This document shows positions 51,871-60,426 of a DNA stretch of 60,426 nucleotides, one piece after another. The DNA comes from Octopus bimaculoides. Its lineage: Eukaryota. The stretch covers positions 31,670,206-31,730,631 of the forward strand of contig NC_069001.1 in assembly GCF_001194135.2 (NCBI RefSeq), in the 5' to 3' direction. Numbering within the stretch: the first letter of the stretch is position 1; each line of letters begins with the position of its first letter. The notes beneath the pieces are model-generated. The model was not told the origin of the DNA. It ran no database searches and saw nothing but the letters and a program-made list of their open reading frames with translations. Both the position numbers and the translations under genes were made by a program.

Positions 51871-52135
51871 TTGCACAGGTGAGTTGGGTCAAGATTCATA
51901 AGCAATGTAATGAGAGCATCCAGGTTTAGTGTCAAGTTATGCAGTGGCATCCCAGTAGGCTTAAGTGTGTACAGAAATTCAACAGGGTATTCAACAGCCC
52001 GATCTTGATCAACTGTCGTGTGAATTGATGGAGAAGTCATTTCTGATCTATCTGTTAACTTTTGAAGAAGTTCATGGTTGAGTTTATCAACCATTTCATT
52101 AGTTGGAGCCAGTATAGCTCTTTCACAAAGCCAGT
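51871..52135 (-). mobile_element. Helitron helicase internal fragment, inverted near-copy of 56893-57157
   Basis: CERAILAPTNEMVDKLNHELLQKL...YPVEFLYTLKPTGMPLHNLTL...LMNLDPTHLC. About 12 mismatches in 265 bp with no indels (hand count). Confidence 0.9.
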
Positions 52136-53093
52136 ATACATCAGTGTAATTGACAATCACACATACATTCTCACATACACTGACACACGCACACACTCTC
52201 ATATACATATACTGAGAGAGACACACATAGATATACATTTACGTAATAAATGTGCAAATACACACACACACTGACAGACATAGACACTCATACAAAATGT
52301 GACATCATTGTGATGGTATAAAACATTCTTTACTATAGTTGACTATAGAAAGATTATTTTAGATAAAATGTTATATTGTTTTAATCCCAATGAAAATTAA
52401 AATTACATGTTGACACTCACGAGCTCTTATAAAATTTGATTTGATTTGGTGAAGCCGTTTGAGAATGCATAGGGGACATACAAAGAATTTTATATATATT
52501 TATATATATATATATATNNNNNNNNNNNNNNNNNNNNNNNNNNNNNNNNNNNNNNNNNNNNNNNNNNNNNNNNNNNNNNNNNNNNNNNNNNNNNNNNNNN
52601 NNNNNNNNNNNNNNNNNNNNNNNNNNNNNNNNNNNNNNNNNNNNNNNNNNNNNNNNNNNNNNNNNNNNNNNNNNNNNNNNNNNNNNNNNNNNNNNNNNNN
52701 NNNNNNNNNNNNNNNNNNNNNNNNNNNNNNNNNNNNNNNNNNNNNNNNNNNNNNNNNNNNNNNNNNNNNNNNNNNNNNNNNNNNNNNNNNNNNNNNNNNN
52801 NNNNNNNNNNNNNNNNNNNNNNNNNNNNNNNNNNNNNNNNNNNNNNNNNNNNNNNNNNNNNNNNNNNNNNNNNNNNNNNNNNNNNNNNNNNNNNNNNNNN
52901 NNNNNNNNNNNNNNNNNNNNNNNNNNNNNNNNNNNNNNNNNNNNNNNNNNNNNNNNNNNNNNNNNNNNNNNNNNNNNNNNNNNNNNNNNNNNNNNNNNNN
53001 NNNNNNNNNNNNNNNNNNNNNNNNNNNNNNNNNNNNNNNNNNNNNNNNNNNNNNNNNNNNNNNNNNNNNNNNNNNNNNNNNNNNNNNNNNNNN

Positions 53094-53173
53094 AACTCTT
53101 TGTCAACAGGAAGTTTATGTCTGATGAGGTTTTTCTCTAGGAACAGACATAAACTTCCTGTTGCCAAAGAGTT
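53094..53173. repeat. 80-nt hairpin, 30-bp arms with 1 mismatch, 20-nt loop
   Basis: AACTCTTTG(T/G)CAACAGGAAGTTTATGTCTG at 53094-53123 and inverted at 53144-53173. Confidence 0.95.
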
Positions 53174-53857
53174 CATAACTCCAACTAAAGAGATTTGTCT
53201 CCCCTTACACTTCCTGTTTTGACACCACACTTGCTGCTTACCACATAAACCTTTAGCTCCTATTTTAAACCTAACACAACTCTTAATTTTCATGCATCCT
53301 TATTTTTCCAACTATTATATACATGGATTACCATGTATATAATACAATATAATGTATTGGTATGTTTATTTTTTTATATATTATTTTTTTTTATATATTA
53401 TTTTTTTCATTTCTTACTTTTTTGTGAAAAACATTTTCATTCTCCCTCTTCTTGAAAATTTGCCATGCAATGAAAGCCGGTTAAAGAAGTCTATATTAAA
53501 ATATGCTTTCAGTTTAGCATTCTGCCTTATTATTTTCCTATTATTTCTCCACGTGTGGTTAACACAACCCCACTATTTACTGACTTGTATATATAGACAT
53601 ATGTGCGTACGTATGTATGTATAAATATATACACACACGCACACAAAAAAAAAAGCTTCTTTTAGTTTCCATCCCCAAAACCAGGGTTACAGTACAACAA
53701 CACTTGCCCAAGCTGTCATGCAGTGGGGCTGAACCTGAAACCATGTAATTGGGAAGTAAACTTCTTACCCCACAGCCACACACATACATATACCTTCACA
53801 CACATACATATGTACATAGATTTCATACTGTTTCGTATAAGCTTTATATAGTTTCTT

Positions 53858-54085
53858 ATTTCTTTATTGCCCACAAGGGGCTAAACATATAGGAGACAAA
53901 CAAGGATACACAAAGGGATAAAGTTGATTACATTGACCCCAGTGTGTAACTGGTAGTTAATTTATCGACCCCGAAAGGATGGAAGGCAAAGTCGACCTCG
54001 GTGGAATTTGAACTCAGAACATAACAGCAGATAAAATACTACTAAGCATTTCGCCTGGCATGCTAACGTTTCTTCCAGCTCGCTG
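53858..54085 (-). mobile_element. SINE family D, young subfamily like 50313
   Basis: Reverse complement of 50313-50545, including the tttgtccttgtttgtc tail. Confidence 0.85.
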
Positions 54086-54491
54086 CTTTATATAGTTTCT
54101 GTCTACCAAATTCACTCACAGGGTTAAAATAAAAGTACTGTGTCCAAAACCCAGTCTCCAACATTCAACAAACACCATTTTCTGATAAAATATCTATGAC
54201 CCAATGCCAATACACAACTAGAATCATTTCTCTGATATCTTACATTTCTGACCTAGTTCTAGAGCTTTTAATATCACCAGTTTCTTCAGGAAAATTACAA
54301 AGAACACAATTTCTGATTTCCTTCTTGTAACAGGAAAAAAAAAAAAAATTTTTTTTGATCAAATAAATAAAATGCTTTTTGCTCTTTGGAACAAATCAAT
54401 AGTTATCTAAATATTGGTGGGCACTGTGAGTAAAAAGTCATCTCATGGCATACAGGATCTTACAGAGTCCAGTTCTTGCCTGCTCAGTCAC

Positions 54492-54529
54492 CGGTTTTCA
54501 TTTAATCTGATTTGCATTGCTAATGCACC
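54492..54529 (-). CDS. Candidate short exon (38 nt, phase 0 to 2): GALAMQIRLNEN(R)
   Basis: Acceptor ttcttctctttgtgatgtttcctag|GG and donor CCG|gtgact. The other two frames stop inside the exon, and this frame stops right after the donor. Confidence 0.45.
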
Positions 54530-54787
54530 CTAGGAAACATCACAAAGAGAAGAAATTCATATTTTCTAACGAGCTTCCAGTTGTTCTATGTAAGAAATCA
54601 TTAATATCCTTGAGCAAAAATATCAGTGGTATTTTGTGAAATATGTTTTAACAAGAAAAATTTTTCAAATGTTAAGATTTCTCCATCAATATATCATCAT
54701 TATTATTATTATTATCATTATTACTACTGTTGTTGTCGTTGTTATTACTATGATTGTTATTATTATTGTGGCTATTATTATGGTTAT

Positions 54788-54818
<31 letters not shown>

Positions 54819-55514
54819 ACATCTTTTTTTTTTTCAAATGTCAAAAAAAAAATTTTTTTTTAATTTTTTGTTTTATTTTTATCTATGATATTTTACGTTT
54901 TGGTTGCATTGCATTTCTTTAATTTTTTTTTTATTTTTATTTATACTCTTTTTTTTTTTTGAAATCCTAGAAAAGTCTTGCACACGCAAATGTGCAGAAA
55001 ATTACACGGTGAGATTTCAAAAAAAAAAAAAGAAGACTTTGCAATGGGTCACCTTTATGAGACACACGCCATCATAAGGACAGCATTAATCATCATTTGG
55101 CACAAAAAAAAAANNNNNNNNNNNNNNNNNNNNNNNNNNNNNNNNNNNNNNNNNNNNNNNNNNNNNNNNNNNNNNNNNNNNNNNNNNNNNNNNNNNNNNN
55201 NNNNNNNNNNNNNNNNNNNNNNNNNNNNNNNNNNNNNNNNNNNNNNNNNNNNNNNNNNNNNNNNNNNNNNNNNNNNNNNNNNNNNNNNNNNNNNNNNNNN
55301 NNNNNNNNNNNNNNNNNNNNNNNNNNNNNNNNNNNNNNNNNNNNNNNNNNNNNNNNNNNNNNNNNNNNNNNNNNNNNNNNNNNNNNNNNNNNNNNNNNNN
55401 NNNNNNNNNNNNNNNNNNNNNNNNNNNNNNNNNNNNNNNNNNNNNNTAAGTTCAGGCTGCTGCGAGGAATAAAGCTAATGTTTTTATGTTCTGTGCTCTA
55501 GCCATTCGGCTGAG

Positions 55515-55600
<86 letters not shown>

Positions 55601-56245
55601 CACACACACACACAAAGACACAGGGAGAAATAGAAACAGACAAGAGACATACAGAGAGAGAGGGAAAGAGAGAGAGTTAGAGAAAGACACAAAGAGATGG
55701 ACAGAGAGATATAGACAAGATCAGAGAAAGAAAGAGATTGAAGCAGAGAGACAGACAGACAGAGCCAGAGAGAGAGAGACAAACACACGGAGAGAAACAG
55801 AGGAGATAAGATAGAGACACACAGAGAAGGGAAAGAGAAAAAGAGACAGATAAACAGGGAGAGAGACACAGATGGAGAAGTAATGACACAGATACAGAAA
55901 GATAAAGAGAGACTATAGAGAGACAGAGCTAGAGAGAGAGAGAGATAAGAACATAGAGAGAGAAACAGAAGCAGGCAGAGAGGTAACGAGACAGAAATGA
56001 GACAGACAGACATACACACACACACATACACAGGGAAAGAGAGTGACAGAGAAAGACACAAAAAGATAGAGAGAGAGACAAGGAGAGATACAAACAGATA
56101 GACATGAACTGATATATAGATAGACAGATCAGAAAGAGAAAGAGGCTGAGACAGAGAGAGATAGACAGAAACACACACACACACACACAGTGAGACACAG
56201 AGACACAGTGAGTGAGTGAGAGAGAGAGAGAGAGAGAGAGAGAAT
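55515..56245. repeat. Degenerate (GA)n/(GACA)n low-complexity field (similar at ~14750-15100, 31630-31806, 45300-45720 GATA/GGAT, 46525-46735)
   Basis: Direct inspection. Confidence 0.95.
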
Positions 56246-56580
56246 GTGATGTTCATTGCTATGGTTGTAGGACACCTAAATAGTTAGTGTCCAGGTAATG
56301 TATATTATTGATTTTTTTCTTTGTTTATTTAAAGTTCCCTTTTTGTGTGTGTGTGTGTGTGTGTTGCTGAAAACTAGGTCTTCAGACTTACTTCTGCTAC
56401 ATTTTTGTCAATGACGCTTAATTTCTTTTCCAGAGGGGCAAACAGAAACACCAACAAAATACTTAAGACATTCGTTACCTTTTTTTAAAATTTTTATTGT
56501 TACTTTAAGGACTGAAAACAGATAACAAAGGCAATTGAGGTGGGGCTGGAGGTATGGGTGGGGGTGGAGGTAGGGCAACA

Positions 56581-57600
56581 GCTCTTCTTGCAGGAGATTT
56601 TCCTCAAATGTTGCCAATTATCCCTGAAGGATCAAAAACTGATGAGGTCAAATGCATGCTTACAAAAATCGTACTTTTGGAGTCATGTGAAAAATCTTCA
56701 TCTTACAAGCAGCATGTGACTACTTCTACAAGATTATCACACAAGCTTCTTAATATTGATAATGGGATATTGACAGTCAACTCAAGACTTCAGCTACATG
56801 AAATTACATGTGGTCAAATGATACTTTCTATTAGGGATGTTATGGATAAAGTATTTCCTTATCTATCTATCTATCAATTACACTAATTGTAAACTGGCTA
56901 TGTGAAAGAGCTATATTACCTCCAGCTAATGAAATGGTTGATAAACTCAACCATGAACTTCTTCAAAAGTTAACAGATAGATCAGAAATAACTTCTCTAT
57001 CAATTCACACGACAGTTGATCAAGATCGGGCTGCTCAATTCCCTGTTGAATTTCTGTACACACTTAAGCCTACTGGGATGCTACTGCATAACTTGACACT
57101 AAACCTGGATGCTCTCATTACATTGCTTATGAATCTTGACCCAACTCCCCTGTGCAATGGAACTTGCTTAACTGTTACTTCCATGAAGCCCCAAGTCCTA
57201 CAGGCAACAGTCATAAGAGGTAGACACTCCAGTTTCCAGTCAAACTAAGTTTTGCTATTTCAATTAACAAATCTCAGGGTCAATCCCTCAAGGTAGTTGG
57301 ACTTGATCTCTCTGCTACAAATTTCCCTTATGGCCAGCTCTATGTCGGTTGCTCACAAGTTGGAAGCAGCAACAATTTATTCATTTGGACACCAACAAAA
57401 AGTTACACAATGAATATTGTTTACCCTGAAGTACTTCAAGATCAACATATTTTCAGTTTTATATTCTATTATCAATTTGGATATTTTGTAATAAACTATA
57501 GATATTTTGAAATAATTATGAGAATATATCTTTATATTTATTATTTACTAATCTGAATAAGAACAGCAGTAACCCGGGCAACACAAGATCATTCAGCTAA
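56581..57600 (+). mobile_element. Degenerate Helitron 3' portion: PIF1-like helicase pseudo-ORF plus 3' terminus
   Basis: Translates across frameshifts to LLAGDFPQMLPII, (W)LCERAILPPANEMVDKLN, FPVEFLYTLKPTGMLLHNLTL, LMNLDPTPLCNGT, FPVKLSFAISINKSQGQSLKVVGLDL, GQLYVGCSQV and NIVYPEVL, all Helitron helicase motifs. It ends in a decayed GC-rich hairpin and CAGCTAA (cf. the CTRR terminus). Confidence 0.92.
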
Positions 57601-57824
57601 CACATACATACACACACATACAGATACGCATACATATCTTTTACTTGTTTTAGTCATAAAACTGAGGCCATGCTGGACCACTGCCTTGAAGAATTTTTAG
57701 TTGAATGTATTGACCCCCAATACTTATTTTTTATCAGTTTCTTTTTCTGAACTTCTAAGTCATAAGGATATAAACACACCAGCAGTGGTTGTCAAGTGGT
57801 AGTAGGAGGACAAACACAGACACA

Positions 57825-57876
<52 letters not shown>

Positions 57877-58239
57877 NNNNNNNNNNNNNNNNNNNNNNNN
57901 NNNNNNNNNNNNNNNNNNNNNNNNNNNNNNNNNNNNNNNNNNNNNNNNNNNNNNNNNNNNNNNNNNNNNNNNNNNNNNNNNNNNNNNNNNNNNNNNNNNN
58001 NNNNNNNNNNNNNNNNNNNNNNNNNNNNNNNNNNNNNNNNNNNNNNNNNNNNNNNNNNNNNNNNNNNNNNNNNNNNNNNNNNNNNNNNNNNNNNNNNNNN
58101 NNNNNNNNNNNNNNNNNNNNNNNNNNNNNNNNNNNNNNNNNNNNNNNNNNNNNNNNNNNNNNNNNNNNNNNNNNNNNNNNNNNNNNNNNNNNNNNNNNNN
58201 NNNNNNNNNNNNNNNNNNNNNNNNNNNNNNNNNNNNNNN

Positions 58240-58278
<39 letters not shown>

Positions 58279-58286
58279 GACACACA

Positions 58287-58382
58287 TGCTGGTCATGATG
58301 ATATACACCCTCCTCCCTCCATATATATATATATATATATATATATATGGAGGGGGGAGGGTGTATACCATCATGACCAGCA
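58287..58382. repeat. 96-bp near-perfect palindrome centred on (AT)14
   Basis: 34-bp arms at 58287-58320 and 58349-58382 with 2 mismatches. Confidence 0.95.
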
Positions 58383-58880
58383 ACCCAGCCAGCATAGAAA
58401 ATAGACATTAAATGATGATATATACACAGAAGTATGCCTAGATATACTTACATATATATTGGACATTTTAGAAATATAATTGAGATAATTAGCCTAATAG
58501 CTGTCTTATGGGAGAAGAGAAGTTAAAATGTGATCAAGAGCTCTCAATGACTGCCCATGCGTTTGTTTTCTCTGTCGCACTCTTTTCTCCTCAGTTCATC
58601 TCTTCCTCCCTCTTCGCCCCCCCATGGAATGAGAGAGAAAGAGAGGGAAATTCTATATACATGTATAGAGCTTCAAAGTTGGCCAATGGAATATGATGCT
58701 CTTCCAACAATGTCACCCACCTATGAATTTTGTGAATGTTTATGTTGAGTATGTGGAAGTGTGCATGTGTAGGACCAAGTTCATGTTCATATTCGTGTTT
58801 GAAACTTTTCGCTTCTATATATGTATGTAGTTAATTTTGGGCAATTAACTTCAATGATTTATTCTTTATATGCATGGGTA

Positions 58881-58931
<51 letters not shown>

Positions 58932-59019
58932 GTGTGTATTTATACACTTGTGCAAATCTATGTATATATGTGTGTTCTTATGTAACTATATATTTCTGCC
59001 TAGAATATATATATACAAA

Positions 59020-59225
59020 GCACCATTCAAGTATGGTTGGTGCCAGTGCCACCTGATTAGCCCCCATGCCAATGGCATGTAAAAAGCGCCCAGTACACTC
59101 TAGAAACCTTGTTGCCAGATTAGATTGGCGCCTGGTGCAGCCTCCTGGCTTGCCTGTCCTCAGTCAAACCGTCCAACCCATGCCAGTATGGAAAGTGGAT
59201 GGTAAACAATGATGATGATGATGAT
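59020..59225 (+). mobile_element. Dispersed repeat family G (SINE-like, (GAT)n tail); other copies at ~25830-26020(-), 43745-43893(+), 46740-46970(+), 48662-48850(-), 48935-49100(+)
   Basis: Shared blocks gtggttggcattaggaagggcatccagc and caaaccatccaacccatgccagcatggaaa...aatgatgatg. Confidence 0.8.
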
Positions 59226-60426
59226 ATATATGAGTATCTTTATTAATATTTAGCAGAATCAACAGAGTGATTCAAGGAATGGGAGTTGCATGCATTGGCG
59301 CTTCTCAACACATAAAACTTTAACAAAAACAGTACTGATGGTGACTTTGACCTTTTGGCCAACTAAGTCATCGTTGGAGTATAATTCATTTAGGTGTGTC
59401 TTGGCTTTATATAGTCTCTAGAAAGGTCTAACAGAATTCAAGTTACCCAAGGAAATTTTAACTTGACGAAGCTAAATGAATTAGTTTGATGACTGCTTTA
59501 AGTGGCCGAAACTTCAAAGTCACTGTCAATACTGTTCTTGTTAAAGAATAATAAATGTGGCCACTAACAAACATATTGAGTAATTCTACAAGTTAATGTA
59601 AAGCTGTTTTTATTATAACATAAAAACNNNNNNNNNNNNNNNNNNNNNNNNNNNNNNNNNNNNNNNNNNNNNNNNNNNNNNNNNNNNNNNNNNNNNNNNN
59701 NNNNNNNNNNNNNNNNNNNNNNNNNNNNNNNNNNNNNNNNNNNNNNNNNNNNNNNNNNNNNNNNNNNNNNNNNNNNNNNNNNNNNNNNNNNNNNNNNNNN
59801 NNNNNNNNNNNNNNNNNNNNNNNNNNNNNNNNNNNNNNNNNNNNNNNNNNNNNNNNNNNNNNNNNNNNNNNNNNNNNNNNNNNNNNNNNNNNNNNNNNNN
59901 NNNNNNNNNNNNNNNNNNNNNNNNNNNNNNNNNNNNNNNNNNNNNNNNNNNNNNNNNNNNNNNNNNNNNNNNNNNNNNNNNNNNNNNNNNNNNNNNNNNN
60001 NNNNNNNNNNNNNNNNNNNNNNNNNNNNNNNNNNNNNNNNNNNNNNNNNNNNNNNNNNNNNNNNNNNNNNNNNNNNNNNNNNNNTATATATATTTTGTCC
60101 ATTCCCTATATAATCAAAAATTTACCAGTTATTGGTTTTCAATAATTAATAATTGATAGAGAAATTAGTTTCTAGACATAAAATATTATCTTTTTGTGTG
60201 TTGTTGCCTGTTGATGGCTTCTTCCTACTTTTCCAGTCTGTTCCGCCTGCCTTCCTCATAGTCTCATAGGTGTGTACATATTTATCTATACATATTTATA
60301 CATGTGTGTGCATATGTGAGTGAGTATGTATATATATATATATATATGTATGCTTACATATACATATGTTTATATATATATATATACATACATACATACA
60401 CACACATAGATACATATATATATATA

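Overview
Eukaryotic, AT-rich, microsatellite-saturated scaffold from a gapped short-read assembly (17 N-gaps, roughly 7.7 kb). The repeat landscape suggests a coleoid cephalopod, probably Octopus (inference, not checked by search). Almost all ORFs in the supplied track are artefacts of (CA)n/(TA)n/(GA)n/trinucleotide repeats or gaps. The window looks like intronic sequence of one large minus-strand gene that I cannot name. Two exons are well supported (25491-25672 and 24264-24396; Ser/Thr/Pro-rich, phase-compatible). A chain of weaker short-exon and microexon candidates (54492-54529, 48402-48431, 48304-48324, 39410-39447 or 34208-34251) also joins in frame. The introns hold at least six short dispersed repeat families, most of them tRNA-headed SINEs. 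They also hold Helitron helicase fragments, mariner remnants and MITEs, piggyBac-like TTAA MITEs, and relics of RLE-type, RTE-type and probably Penelope-type retroelements. The most unusual features are fold-back structures in the putative pre-mRNA: a 265-bp ~95% identical inverted Helitron pair bracketing an exon candidate, a 96-bp spacerless palindrome on (AT)14, an 80-nt pre-miRNA-sized hairpin, a ~220-nt foldback, a divergent inverted array of MITE units with a fixed 12-bp linker, and a hairpin over a microexon donor. There is also a minimal hammerhead-like motif and a higher-order minisatellite derived from a SINE 5' end. No rRNA, true tRNA or CRISPR array was found.
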